Source: Lama glama
Taxonomy: Eukaryota
Assembly: GCA_028534125.1 (NCBI GenBank)
Contig: CM052817.1
Coordinates: 18,850,001-18,914,000 of the forward strand
Reading direction: 5' to 3'
DNA length: 64,000 nucleotides
Under the pieces are notes generated by a model. It did no database searches. It was not told the DNA's origin and was given only the letters and a program-made list of their open reading frames with translations. This document shows positions 37,653-51,099 of this stretch, one piece after another (positions within the stretch are counted from its first letter, which is position 1; each line of letters opens with the position of its first letter). Position numbers and translations under genes: made by a program.

Positions 37653-40470
37653 TCTTATTAAAATTCCAGTGGCATTTTTTACAGAAATAGAAAAATCAAC
37701 TATAAAGTTCATATGGAACTACAAAAGAGCCTGAATAGCTGAAGCAATCTTGAGCAGGAAGAAAAAGGCTGAAGGCATCACATTTCCTGATTTCAAATTA
37801 TATTACAAAAGTTTAGTAATCAAAACAAAATGGTATGGGCATAAAAACAGATACATAAACCAATGTGATAGAATAGAGAGCCCAGAAATAAACCTATGCG
37901 TATGCAGTCAACTAGCCTTCAACAGTGGCACCAAGAACACACAATGGAGAAAGGACAGTCTCTTCGATAATTGGTGTTAGTAAATCTGGATATACACATA
38001 CAAAGGATTTTGTGTATGATGGATATTGGATCCTTATGTTACATCATACACAAAAATCAACTTAAAATGGATTAAAGGAGTCTGTGTAAGACCTGAAACC
38101 CTAAAAATCCTAGAAAAAAACTTAAGGAAAGAGCTTCTTGACATTGGTTTTACTAATTTTTGAATTTTATACCAAAAGTACGGGCAACAAAAGCACAAAT
38201 AAATAGAAATGCTTTTAAATTTAAGTAGGTACCATTTGTTTATTTTTTATTTTATTTGTTTTGCTTTAGGAGATAGATGCAAAAAAAGTATTGCTGTGGT
38301 TTATGTCAAAGAGTGTTCTGCCTTTGTTCTCTTCTAGGGGTTGTATTGTTTCAGGTCTTTTTAGGTCTTTAACCCATTTGAGTTGATTTTTGTACAAGGT
38401 GTAGGGAAATGTTCTACTCTCAATTCTTTTACATGTAACTTTCCAGTTTTCCCAGCACCATTTATTGAAGACACTCTCTTTTTTCTGTTGTATATTCTTG
38501 CCTTCTTCATCATAGATTAATTGACCATAGTGCATGAGTTTATTTCTGGGCTGTCTGTTCATTCCAGCAATTCCAGTCCTGGTTATCTATCTGAAAAAAA
38601 TGAAGACACTGATTTGAAAAGTTGCATGCACCCCAGTATTTATAGCAGCATTACTTACAATAGCCAATATGTGACAGCAACCTAAGCGTTTGCCAACAGA
38701 TGAATGGAGAAAGAGGAATTGAGATATATATATCTCAGTCTCTCTCTATATATATTATGTATTACATACATATATATGTAATATTCTATTATATATATAT
38801 AAAATGGTCAAATTCATGAAAAATAGTGGAATTCTGCCGTTTGCAACAATGTGGTGGATGAACCTGGAGAGTACTATATTTAGTGAAGTAAGTCAGACAA
38901 AGAAAAGTACTCTATGTTGTCACTTATATGTGGAACCTAAAATATAAAACAAACAAACATGTATAACAAAACAGAACCACAGATACAGAAAACAAACTAG
39001 TGGTTATCAGTGGGCAGAATGGAGGGAGAGGGGCAGGAGAGGGGTGGGGCTTAAGAGATACAAACTACTATGTATAAAATACATGAGCCATATATATTGT
39101 ACAACACAGGGAAATATCACTGTTATTGTGTAATAACTTTAAGTAGGGTATGATCTCTACAAATATTTGAATCACCATGTTGTACACCTGAAACTAATGT
39201 AGTATTGTAAATCAACTATACTCCAATAAAAAGAGTGGGACTACATCAGATGGAAAAGTTTCTGCACAGCAAAAGAAACAGCCAACACAATGAAAAGGCA
39301 AACTGTGGAATGGAGAAAATATTTGCAAACCATATATCTGATAAAGTGATTACTTTCTAAAATATAAGGAACTCATACAACTCAATAGCAAAAAATAAAT
39401 AAATAAAAGTAATACAATTTAAAAATGGGAAAAGGACCTGAATAGACATTTTCCAAAGAATGCGTACAAATTTTCAGCAATTACATGAAAAGATCTTCAA
39501 TATCACTAATCAGTTGGGGAATAGAAATAAACACATAATGAGACATCACCTCATATCTGTTAATACTACCATGGCTGTTACAAAAAGGTCAAAAAAATAA
39601 TAAGTATTGGCAAGTTTGTGAAGAAAATGAAACCCTTGTATGCTATTGTTAAGAATGTAAATTGATACAGCCTTTATACAGAACAGTATTGAGGTTCCTC
39701 AAAATATTAAAAATAAAACTACCATATCATCCAAAAATCCCCCTTCTGTGTATATGTCCAAAGGATTTAAAAGGACTATCTTGAAGAGCGATCTGCACTC
39801 CTATGTTCACTGTAATGCTATTCACAATACTTGAAATATGAAAACAACTGAAGTATCTATTGACGGATGAATAGATAAAGAAAATGTAATATATACATAT
39901 TATATATGTACAATTATATACAATATACAAGTATGATATATATAAAATGAAATATTATTCAGTCAAGAAAAGAGGAAATCCTGCCATTTGCAACATTATG
40001 GATGAACCTGAAGGAAATTAGACTAAGTGAAATAAGCCAGACACCGAAAGACAAATACTCCATAATCTTTCTTTTATATGAAATCTAAAGAAGTCAAACA
40101 CATAACAGCAGAGAGCAGAATAATGGTTACCAGGGTCTGGGGGTGTGGAGGAAATGAAATGTTAGTTGAAAGGTATAAGCTTTCAGGTATAAGGTGAATA
40201 ATGTATGGCATGGTCACTATAAAATAATAATGTGTATTTGAAATTTTCTAAGATATTAGATCTCCAGTTTTCACACTACACACACATACAGACACAGAGG
40301 TAACTAGATGAGGTGATGGAAATGTTAATTAGCTTGAGGTGATGGAAATGTTAATTAGCTTGATTGTGGTAATAATTTCACAATGCATACATATATCAAA
40401 ACATGTTGCACTCCTTAAATATATACAGTTTCTATTTGTCAATCATGTGAAGCTGGAAAAATAACGTTAA
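37653..40470 (+). mobile_element. L1MA8/9-like element (ORF2 3' part + 3'UTR), middle layer; pieces 37653-38207 and 39233-40470
   Basis: ORF2-like [55 protein letters not shown]; 3'UTR gaggtgatggaaatgttaattagcttgattgtggtaat. Confidence 0.9.
38208..39232 (+). mobile_element. younger 5'-inverted L1, innermost layer (inverted 38208-38560, forward 38561-39232)
   Basis: ORF 38266-38562(-) ..YGQLIYDEEGKNIQ..FNKWCWENW is antisense ORF2; then sense ccagcaattcc...caactatactccaataaaa; imperfect TSD aataaataga/aataaaaaga. Confidence 0.9.
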
Positions 40471-41964
40471 AATAAAAATAAGTTGTATTTCTATATACTA
40501 AAAATTAAAGTTAAGAACTTTTAAATGTAACTAAAAATAAAATACTTAGCTGTGAATACACTCAAATATATTCAGGATTTTTATCTGTATATTGAAAATT
40601 ACAAAGCATTTTTGAGATAAATCAATGAAGACCTAAATAAATGGAGAAATATACTGTGTCCTTGGATTAGAAGATTCAGTAGTATTAAGAAGTCAGACTC
40701 CCCTAGTTAATCTATAAATTTAATGCAATCCCAATAAAAATCCCAGCAAGACTTTTTGTAGATACTGACAAGATGATTATAAAATTTGTATGAAAAAGGC
40801 AAAGGAACTAGAATAGACCAAAAAACCCTTAAATAAAAATAAAATATATTCTTACTATCTAATATCAAGACTTACTATAAATCTACAGTAACTGAGGTGC
40901 TTTGGAATTTTTACTAGTGTAGATAGAAAGATCAATGAAATGTGATAGAGTCCTCGGAAACAGACCCATTCATATAAGGTTACTTATAAAGAGGCAATCC
41001 CAAATATAACTAGAAGTTGAACAGGGCAATGGAATAGCCAGTTGGGAAGAAAACAGAACCCGGCTAACACAGTGAGTGGTAAGACTCTCCCTACCTATGG
41101 CTTTTCAGTGTGCGTGAGAATTAGTCCGACTGTGCAGTTCCTCGGTACTCGGCGAATGGGAAGTATCTCCTTTAAACCCTCCAAAAACATTACTTGAACA
41201 AGAGTCCTGAGGTTTCCTAAATCAGCCTCATGCCATTGGAAATTCTCTGAAATGACTGATATATTTGTTCACTGCAGTCATTTGAGAGAAGTATGGGAGA
41301 TTTTCCGAGGGCTTTCAAGTCATGTCGACATAAATTCTTTTTCTGTGCGAGGTTTCTGCCTAGCTTTTCTAAGACCCATATTTAATTAGGGGGGAAAAAA
41401 AGCTTCTTTGGCTTGCTACTGATACCCTTACCAATATTTATAGCTACGCCTGCCTTTTTTCTTTATAAGTGTTCCTTACCCAGGGTTGTTTTATGAAAGT
41501 GGGAGGTGAAAAGAGGGGGGCATGTTTTAGTTCTTTTTTCTATGAAGGGGCTTAATAGCCACGTTTTCCTTTTTATATCCCCCCACATTAGAAGATGTTT
41601 TACCTCACATGTGTCTGGGATGTTGTGACTTCATTTTCAATATATCCAACAATTCCACGTTAGTGTGTCTTCCTCCACTAAAACTTTTTGTCTCAATGGG
41701 CAATTTTATCTTTCTAATGGTGTGTATTCTCTTCTCTGTGTTAGAGGTATTTGTATATACAAATCATGATTCCCTATTGGATTAAAGATTCCTTAGTTGT
41801 AACTGTCCATATTCCATCCCGCAGAGCACCATATATGATGCCTTGAATATTACTATAGGTCAGATGTTTTTTTATTGAAAGTAATGAAAGAAATGTACTA
41901 GATACAAGTTTCTTCTTAATAAAAATCCTTGAACAAAGAGGGTGTAGCTTTTTTCCTTCTTATT

Positions 41965-42819
41965 TTGGCAATAGTTGCTATAATCTTCTACCCCTTGTTC
42001 TTACAGGCCCTCCCACCAAGAAGTAGCTATATTTTATACCCCTTGAATCTGAGCTAATCTCGTGATGTGCTTTAAACTTAAATACAAAACAGAGACAAAC
42101 TCACAGACATAAAAAACAAACTGATGGTTACCAGAGGGGAAAGGGAGTAGGGAGAGATAAATTGGAGTTTGAGATTTACAGATACTAACTATTGTATATG
42201 TATATATAAAATAGGCAAACAACAAGGTCCTACTGTATAGCATAGGGAATTATATTCAATACCTTGTAATGGCCTATAATGAAAAAGAATATTAAAAGGA
42301 ATGTGTATATATATATATGTGTGTGTTTGTGTGTGTATATGTATGTATATATAAATGACTATGCTGTACACTAGAAATTAACACAGCATTGTAAATCAAC
42401 TATACTTTAATTAAAAAAAGAACCATTATACCTCTTTAGAGACACCAAACAAATGCAGTCGAAGTTACAGTGTTGCAGTTCCTAGACCATAAGAGGACTT
42501 GTGCTCTTCCACTTTCTCTTGGAACCCGTCCACTGCCTTATGAACATACTCTAGCTAGCCTGCTGGAGGGAAAGTTACCACGTGCATCAGGAAACGCCAA
42601 GCCAGCTGCAGCAATCCTGAACCAGTTAGCATATACCAGCTTCCTGGCTGACTGTAGTTTCATGAAGGCAATCAGCTGAGATCAGCCAAGCCCAGGCGAG
42701 ATAACCAGACCTTCCCAACTGGCTAACTGACACGGAGCAGACACAAACACTGTTGTATGCCCCCGAGGTTTGGTGGTGGGTTTTATATAGCATTATTGTG
42801 CTAATAGATAAGAAATACA
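41965..42819 (+). mobile_element. MaLR solo LTR (MLT1F/G/H-like) split by an L1 3' end
   Basis: cctcccaccaagaag...ccccttgaatctgagct...gtgcttt | accaaacaaatgcagtcgaagt...tagcattattgtgctaatagataagaaataca. Confidence 0.8.
42077..42419 (+). mobile_element. L1 3'UTR, camelid type
   Basis: antisense homolog of 24320-24620; ends tgtaaatcaactatactttaattaaaaaaa. Confidence 0.95.
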
Positions 42820-44112
42820 GATAACAGAAGCTGTTACTAATTTTAAGTTAAATACTATATTTCGTATTATACCCACTAATTGGTGGCTTTGATAGCTGAT
42901 CTCCTTCTCAAACACTCTTCTCATTGTAATTCCCCAGTTGATGAATCTCTACCATATACTAGAACTCTCGTTGTGCCTTATCAAAATGGAAAGTAAATAT
43001 TTAAAAAATTCTCACTCAAAGATTTAAGCTTTGGCACTAAAGTTTGCAGGTAATTCATTCAATTGTCAGAATCTTTCTTTTTCTTTTTCTTTTTTTTAAC
43101 TCTATTTTCTCCAGAATTCTTAGCTAAATTGTACATCCCATGTGCTTTTAGCTCTCTGTGGACTAAAAGATGATGATGGCACAAATGTAAACTTCTTTAC
43201 ACAAAGGTCATACCAAAAGTCATTGTAATTGACTAGGTGGCATCTGCTGGCTCAGTGGTACAAGATTGCTTTCATTCATACCCTGCAGGTTTATGTCACC
43301 AGCTTTCCCAGCAAGGTACTTCACGGGCTGACCTCCTGTCTGAAAATTCATTTGAAATTCTTCACCTGACTACAGCCTGTCAAATGGAGTCAGATAACTC
43401 TAGCCTAGTTTTAAAAAGAATAAAAAATCAGACAGAGATGAGGACACAGGGAAATAGCTCCGAAGGAACATTCAGAATGTATTGCTCATTGTGCCCTTAG
43501 AAGAAACTACATTCATTTGGAGAGCCAGTGCTATTAGGTCGATGTACAATATTGAAATTGATTTAATAAAGTAAATGACAAGTTTGCCTTCCGTCCTTTC
43601 CCTGTATGGCTGTCAAGATTCAGATAGTGCTATTTCACCTTGTTTTGTCAAGTATCCAGATGATTTAGCAAGATTAGATCACTAATGACCCCAGCCCTAG
43701 AACAATGAGAGAGTATTCTTCACTGCTCCATCTTACAGAACTGTTTTGTGTTTAAAGTGTGTTAACAGCCTTGAATAGCAGAGGTACAGAGGCCTGAGCA
43801 TTGTTATAATTTGAAGATGGGCTGGCATTGTACCAACATTTTATAGTTCCCAATTTTTTTTTCCCCAGTGCTGTGATCTTCCATGGTTCACACAGAAGTC
43901 TGAGGAGATGGGTGGTCAGGGAATAAGATGAGGGACCTAAGAGTATGTAGTTACATGTGTTGCATGGCTCCCCTCCCCACGCCCACGTCCCCTGAGCATT
44001 AGTGGGCTGCGTGAGCCACCTGGAGACGGAGATAAAATGGAACTAGTCTATCAAGACTTGAAGCTGTCTTCTAGGCATTTAAGTTTTATTAAGAATCTAG
44101 TATGCACCAAGA

Positions 44113-44261
44113 GGGGAGGGTATGGCGCAAGTGGTAGAGTGCATGCTTAGCATGCACAAGGTCCTGGGTTCCAATCCCCAGTACCTCCTCTAAAATTAAA
44201 TCAATCAATCAATAAAACTAATGACTTCCCCCTGCCAAAAAAAAAATTAAAAAATAAAAAA
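44113..44261 (+). mobile_element. tRNA-Ala-derived camelid SINE (vic-1/ALPINE type)
   Basis: ggggagggtatggcgcaagtggtagagtgcatgcttagcatgcacaaggtcctgggttccaatccccagtacctcc + A-rich/cccc/A tail; TSD tctagtatgcacca 44096-44109 / 44278-44291. Confidence 0.92.
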
Positions 44262-45212
44262 GCAGGATATCTATGACTCTAGTATGCACCAGATAACATA
44301 CTGAACACTTTCATATTCCATCTTGACAATGACTCTGCAAATTTGATACTATTATCAGTATATGAGATGAATCAACAGATTTAATGCAAACTTTTTAAAC
44401 AAATTAAATGCTAAGCAATAGATTAATAGTTTAATAAATTTACTTTGCCTATTTAACTCTTGAAGATATTGAGGGCACAAAACAGTTAATAATTTGGTTA
44501 AGGTTAAATTAGTTTTCCCTTGTTTTATATAGTCTGGCCAAACTCTTTAAGTTACAAACTATCTCCCCTTGGAGTTAGATTGCCTCTAAAAAGGGCCTCT
44601 AATGTGTAGTGACTGAGATGTGGTGTGTGTTGTCATGTAGCCCATTCTGCATAATCACCTGATGCCTATTTTCAGTTGGAATTGACAAAAAAAAAAAAAA
44701 CTTGTTTGTATTTGATACATCAGAATTTTTACCTTTGGAGGAAGCAAGCACCCTGGCCATGGCTCTGTGACTAAAGATGTCTACTGGGTGTCTTTAGTAG
44801 AGGCACTAGACGCTTAGATCCTCTAGTGTCTAGTAGCTGGATGGTCTAGATACTGGAGAACACAGTGCCACAGGTCATCTCTAAATTCCCAATCCCGCTT
44901 CACTCTGATGTGATGTCCAATAGTCAACACCTTCCAGTTTCTCTCTCTCTGATTCCTGCCTGAATTCATCTACATTTGTTCCCATTCTGAAGTTTAATAT
45001 ATTGGTGTTTCAACATATGTCTGAACTTTTTACTACAGTAAATTTTTTCATTCTTGGAATACCCTTCCAGCCCTTCAGGCAGCACAAAGCCTTCCTCAGG
45101 TGCATTCTCTGCACTCTTGATAGTGATTTCTCACACTTTGATGGCATCTAGCTATATGCTACCTGGTGCCAGTTTTTATTTTGTACCTGATTCCTGTCAG
45201 CATGTAGATTCT

Positions 45213-45256
<44 letters not shown>

Positions 45257-45510
45257 GTGGTAAAAGATCACATTCAGTGAGTCTCTGGCATATAATGAAA
45301 ACTCTACAAATAATATTTAACTACTACTATTGCTAAACACATTATATGTGTTATTTTGTTTAATCTCTGAAAGATTAAATTATTTCCAACTTAAATATGA
45401 GAAAGCAGAATATCAGAAAGACTGAATAGCTTATCCAAGGTCCCACAGCTGATGACCAAGGGGATTGATGTGAAAAACAGAATTTATTTAATTTCAAAAC
45501 TATCTTTCTA
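45213..45510 (-). mobile_element. (TGA)n microsatellite (45213-45256) at the tail of a MIR
   Basis: visible repeat; gaaagactgaatagcttatccaaggtcccacagct (MIR core, antisense). Confidence 0.7.
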
Positions 45511-46260
45511 GCCATCTTTTGTACTTCTTCAGGTGTAGAGACAGTGCTTTTTATGTCTCTGAGTACAAACTGGCTGACACTGTCATTCACATATAGTCAA
45601 TACTCAATAATCATAAAAATTTTAAATATTTTGTTGATTTCACTGACAAAAGAAAGTTTTACTATATTTAATACTTAATTATCTTAACACCTGAATGTTT
45701 AAGGAAGCAGCATAATATGCTTGGAAAAAAATGAATGAATGAATGAGTAACTGTGTAAGCATACTCAGGAATTTCTCATTTGGTAATCTATTCCAAGAAA
45801 CCCAATCCTAATTAAGAAAAAAAATGTAGCGTTAAAAAAAAGTGTTCATCATAACACTATTTAATTTTAAAATCTGGAAATAGTCCATTCAGTAGATTAG
45901 TTTTTAGGTATTAAAATTCCATTTACAAAATGATGGAAATAACATGAAAAATGGAGTAATTCTGGTGCGTTTACCATTGAGAAAAATATATTTTAAAGAT
46001 TCAGTAAGAAAATAAGTTAAAACTAAAGCCTACCAAGTCTGTCACCAACTTCTAATACAAATATTTTGTCATGTGCCCCAGAACTCTTCATGTTTATGTA
46101 TTGACCTTGAGGTTCAGCAACTACCAAGGACACAACTCCAGGGCTTCCCGACATCAGGCTGTGGACACCAGAAATCATCTACCTCCTCCTCTAGACATTA
46201 AAAGCCAAGAGTGGTCCTTCCTTGACTTTATGGTAATGCCATTTAGTTGGCAGCATGCCA

Positions 46261-46700
46261 TGTATTAGCTCCTTGGTCCCCCCAATGACCCTATAAGGGA
46301 TCTATGCAAGAGACGCTTCCAATTTCCGTCCAGGCAGATGGGAAATCTTCATTTCTAAGCCTCCTGTGCAGTTCTGCGGAACAGTGTGACTGAGTTGTAG
46401 CCAATGGAAGGTAGTGAGGGGATGATGTCACTTCTTATTTGGCCAAAAAAATGTTCTGCAGTTTTCTATGCTGTCTTCCCTCCATCCAACCATGGAGGCT
46501 AAAATCAGAGAGCTCCAAGAAAGCAAGAAGAAAGGAGGGATATGCCCTGAATGCATCACTTAGGGGAGAACTACCTAGGAGAGCTGTCCAGTGAAGATCG
46601 CTGAATCGAATTTTGTGTGAAATGAAGTAAATACTCAAAGTTTGAAGATTTCAAAGTTCATCTCTGCCATATCATGGTCTAGCCTTCCATATCCAATGCA
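46261..46700 (+). mobile_element. MaLR LTR (MLT1I/J-like)
   Basis: catttctaagcctcctgtgcagtt...tgtgactgagttgtagccaatggaa...tcacttct...ccctgaatg. Confidence 0.7.
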
Positions 46701-47194
46701 TTATCATTATCTACATGCTTCATATGAGGAAACTAAGGTGTAGAAATATGAAGAACTGGTGCAGGTATACATAGAAACAGTGAAGACAGAATAAATATAA
46801 AATCAGTTTGACATCAAAGCTTGCATCTGTTCCATTATAAAAATCAGTACTGTCACTTTAATTATAAACATGTATATATTTTAATACTAAAACTTGGTAA
46901 AAATTAGAAACTCAATAGGGGAAAAGGGAATATATTTTGTTAAAACTAAAAAAAAGGTATTGCAGGAAACTGAAAATCAGATTATAAAGAATATTTTATT
47001 AAAGTAAGGTCCATAGGAAAAGAAAAACACAATTATGTGTATACATATATGTGTGTGTGTGTTCTGAGTCCAATTTTGAACATATACAACACAGAAACTG
47101 GCTTGAAATCAAACCTAATAATATGTTTACAGTGGTTTTCCTATGAAAAGTGGGAGTATGGAACAATTTTACTGTTTTCCTTTATTATGTATTT

Positions 47195-47337
47195 AAATTT
47201 TTTTTAATAATTTATTTTTTGAGGGGGAGGTAATTTGATTGATTGATTGATTGATTTATAGAGGAGGTACTAGGAATTGAACCCAGGACCTTGTGCATGC
47301 TAAGCACGTGCTCTAGCACTTAAGCTATCTCCTCTCC
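47195..47337 (-). mobile_element. camelid tRNA-Ala SINE
   Basis: ggaggtactaggaattgaacccaggaccttgtgcatgctaagcac; TSD cctttat(t/c)atgtattt 47179-47194 / 47338-47353. Confidence 0.92.
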
Positions 47338-48639
47338 CCTTTATCATGTATTTTTCAGTTTGAGGTAATTATGTATTACTTTTTAATCCAGGAATTATGT
47401 ATTAGGTGGAAGATGTAGGCAATTTATACCCCTTTGACCTCAAGGCAGCACTTGATTCACAGGTCCATTCATAATCCTGTGTGTTTCAGAAACACCTGAG
47501 TGCGTGGACAACAGCCACTTTTGTTGTCCCCAGTGGCCATGTTTGCAGCTGGTGATATTTTTCTGTCAAGAATCATAACTTTTATTTTCTGTACTGAGAC
47601 ACCTTTCTAAGTGGTTCATGATGTGTGTCATGAATATCTTTTATTGCTGTGCCTTCATTGAACTAAAATGGATCGCTATTAGTTAAATGTAGGCAATGTG
47701 TACATTTCTTTCTTTTTTTTTTGTCAAATGATTATGACTCTATCAACATATATATTGTTTGGGTATTTTTAATTTTCAGTGCTGTTTGTAATGTTATACA
47801 AGCCTTCTGCAAACTCTTGGGGTGATTTAATTCCTATATAAAACATTGTGGGCAACTTTAGTGCTGACAAACTGTCCCAGGCAAAAGCTCAAAAGCAAAT
47901 CAGTCAAAACTAATCCAAGGTTCATTAATCACTTAATATGCAGAACCAGCGTTCCCATAACTGCCTTCTACAGAAGAGAGTTAAAACGGCACTTCTGCTG
48001 TTCTCAGTGCCTGATTCTTGAGACTAAGGGAGAATAGGATATTTCTCCTGTTGGTTTGCAGGCTATAGACAGAACAAAACAAAAATCTTATTTAGAAAGG
48101 ATTATTCTATTTTCCCTTACTCATATTAATATCTTGATGTTCTAAGTTAATTTCTTTTTAATAATGTGAAACTAATCTTTGTCTTTATTGTCTTCAGAAA
48201 TGTTTGCTTTTGAAAACAGAGCCAGCAATAAATGTCAAACATGAAGTTTTACCCTCAAAATTTCTCTCTGGAGGGATGGGGGTGTTTATGAATTTAAGTC
48301 AACCAAGACCAATTTTAGGACTTACAAAGAGCATTCCTTAATCCTTTGAGTGAAACAACAGACATGTAGCCAAAAAAAATTAGAGATCTGGACTAAAATG
48401 TAGAGAACCACCATTCTGTTCTTTATGCTAATTCTATTAGCATTCTATATGTATTAATTTATTAGTTCTGTGTTTGGCAGTTGGTATTTTAAGTAGAAAT
48501 TATTTCATCAACTGTTGTTTTATTCTCAGTTTAATATAATTTTTTAAAAGTTACTGTTCAGACATGTTATGTTTATCTCAATGAGAATTTTAGCGAAGTA
48601 TCAGGTTTTGATTTCATTAATTGAATCAGAAATAGGTAG

Positions 48640-49149
48640 TGTAGAGGAGACAAAGTTTTTCTTCCACCATCTAGGGTCTTCAAATGTATCTGAGAATTAA
48701 ACTGACATAAGACACTAACAGGAGAAAAACACACAAGTTTATTTAATGTATGTTCTACATGACATGGAACCTTTCTAAGGAAAAGAAGACCCAGAGAAGT
48801 AGCAAAACCAGAGTGCTTCTGTATGAGCTTGAACAAAGGAGACAGTTGTGGAATGGTAACCAAAATATATGAGGAGGCTATAGGTTAAGATTTAATTAGG
48901 TCTGTTTGTGCAGAATTCTCTTGGCCTCAAGTCTCTGTCTTTGCTGTTAAGAATGTTTCTTTTCTTCTGGTATGGGGAGGACATCTTACCTATGGGAGTT
49001 TTAGCCTCTGCTTTCAGGAAGAAGAAAAGAGGATTTCTCCTTTCTTCCAAATGATTTCTCACACTTGCTTTTTTCCCAGTGCCTTTGGCTCCAGATAATT
49101 CTTATGCCAGAGTGCGATATTTTGGGTTGGCATATTCTGCCACCTTTCA
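48640..49149 (-). mobile_element. ERV1-class solo LTR (MER34A-like)
   Basis: tgtagaggagacaaagttttt...attcttatgccagagtgcgatattttgggttgcatattctgccacctttca; 4-bp TSD gtag/gtaa. Confidence 0.85.
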
Positions 49150-50469
49150 GTAATGACTCGGATACTTTGATATTTTGCAGTTATTTTATTTTTTCTCCTT
49201 TAGCATCTTTTCATGATTTGCCTTTATTCGTAAACTTTGTGTGCTCTCAGTCAATTGCTTCTTGGCTTTTAGTAGGCAGATTTCTTTCCTGTCTATACAC
49301 TAAAATCATGTGTAGGGAGACAGATTTTGATTCCTTTCATTACAAGCCATACTTGTTTTGACTAGTCGAAAACTATTCATAAAATGATGGCAAGCCATGG
49401 TACACAAGTGTCTAGGGGTCCAGACTGTAGACTATGAAAAAAACATGCTTATGTGCTGCCCATAGCACATTGTAACAAAGTGAAACCCACGGGCTTTTTT
49501 TAACATCTCAGCTTCTTTATTTATAAACTGGGGATGATAAAAATGTCCTTATTATGACATTAGACATCTTATGAGTTGTTGACATAAAGACAAAATAATG
49601 CATAGAAAGTGCTTCTTTGCTACCTATATGCTATTACAATATATACAAACTAATTATTTAGTGTTCTCTTCTGGTCCTTCTGTGAGCATGCCACTCCATC
49701 CACTATGGTAAACACACCTTTGTCAGTTCCTCCTCTGAAAACTATGTCCTTTTGATTCTACCAGCATAGCTGTTACAGAATGGATTGATCTAACTATTCA
49801 TTCTAGTTTAGATGATTCATACATTCATTGTGCTCTTTGGAATAAATATGTTGAAAATAAATTAATGGTTAATAGTCTGTACAATTTTGAGAATTTCTAA
49901 GTGATACCATACAGAGTTATCATGACTGTGTATAGTGAATTTGAGGCATGATAATTAATAGAGATTTGAGGATGATAAATTTCAAGTTGACTGGATTTTG
50001 CTCCACCAATAATCCTACTAAATTCCGTTCTTGAGACCAAGTATGCATCCCAGAATATATTGTTTCAGACAAAACATGAGGAGGATTAAATTCAGTTAAA
50101 AACTTTACCACATGACATCTTAGGTGACTAGAACAGCTTACCTATCTTTCCTCTGTATTCATTAATCTCTTCTAGCTTTCCAGAAAGGGGAATACCAAGG
50201 TAACCTTGCATTAGCAATGAACAAAAAGGAAAAAAAAATACTAATTTGCAGGAATAAGTATTTCACCAAGTACAGTACTGTTAAAAAATAAGTGTGAGAT
50301 CTTCTAGTTAGAAAAAAAGCTGAATTGAGTTTTGTTTTAACCTTAGGGCCATTCTCCATCTTTAATTTATTAAGTTGAGTTGTGATTTGAATTTAGAGTT
50401 CGCTATTCACCTTTTGCAAATTTCTACTGTATATCTACTAGGAATAGTGTTTGTGGGAAATGCTTTGTA

Positions 50470-50870
50470 ATATCTGGGTTTATTGAGTCATTGAAAATAT
50501 GTATTGAAGTCTCTGTATGAAATACGCTGTTTCTGGTGCTGTGATTTCAGTGATGAGCAAGAAAGAGAAGATTTCTGCTCACAGAAAATTATAAACTGAT
50601 GACAGAGAAAGGCAATTAACTTTAGTGCTGAGTGTTAGGAAGTACATGTGATGGTGGAATAGGATCTACAGTGACTGGAAGTGATGGAGTCAGGGAGCCT
50701 TGAATTGGTTGATTAGAGAAGGATATAATATTTTAGGCTGAATCTAAGTAGGTTCAGTGGGGGAAAGAAATCTATCACTTTATGATTTGTGTGAAAATTA
50801 CTCCAGGCGAGTATAGCAGATTCAAAGGTCTTAATGCTGTAGAAGTTTGTTCTAAGGATATACAAGATAG
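50470..50870 (-). mobile_element. L2 3' region
   Basis: tcattgaaaatatgtattga...ggtgctgtgatttcagtgatgagcaaga...ccaggcgagtatagcagattcaaaggtc. Confidence 0.6.
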
Positions 50871-51099
50871 CTTGAAATCATGGGGGTTTCTCTTGCCAGC
50901 AATACAGCCACTCTGGGCCCGACAGTGAAAAACTTATCCTGGAAACTATTCCTCACAGATAGCTCCTTATAAAATGATGTACCTTGAGAGCAATGTTTGT
51001 ACTCTTTGGTCCTAGTTCATTATACACGTAATAAACACCTGGCCAAAACTGACTTTGTCAGAAGTATAGAATTTACATTTTATTTCCAGACACACACAT

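Larger units (their letters stand above)
33720..41000 (+). mobile_element. ancient L1 (L1MC/MD-like), outermost layer of a nested cluster
   Basis: 5'UTR-like 33720-34480; endonuclease region ~35690-36400; ..SIRNEK before the gap; RT motif LSLLTDDIIFYLE (decayed FADD) at 37534; resumes at 40485 gtatttctatatac...gaagacctaaataaatggaga. Confidence 0.8.

Noticed and set aside
44113..44190. tRNA-Ala(AGC)-like cloverleaf (also in the four other copies)
   Set aside because: SINE head: followed by the SINE body and A tail, flanked by TSDs, with degenerate stems
44778..44850. Short ctag-rich hairpins (gcactaga...tctagtgt)
   Set aside because: Stems of only 6-9 bp, within chance expectation
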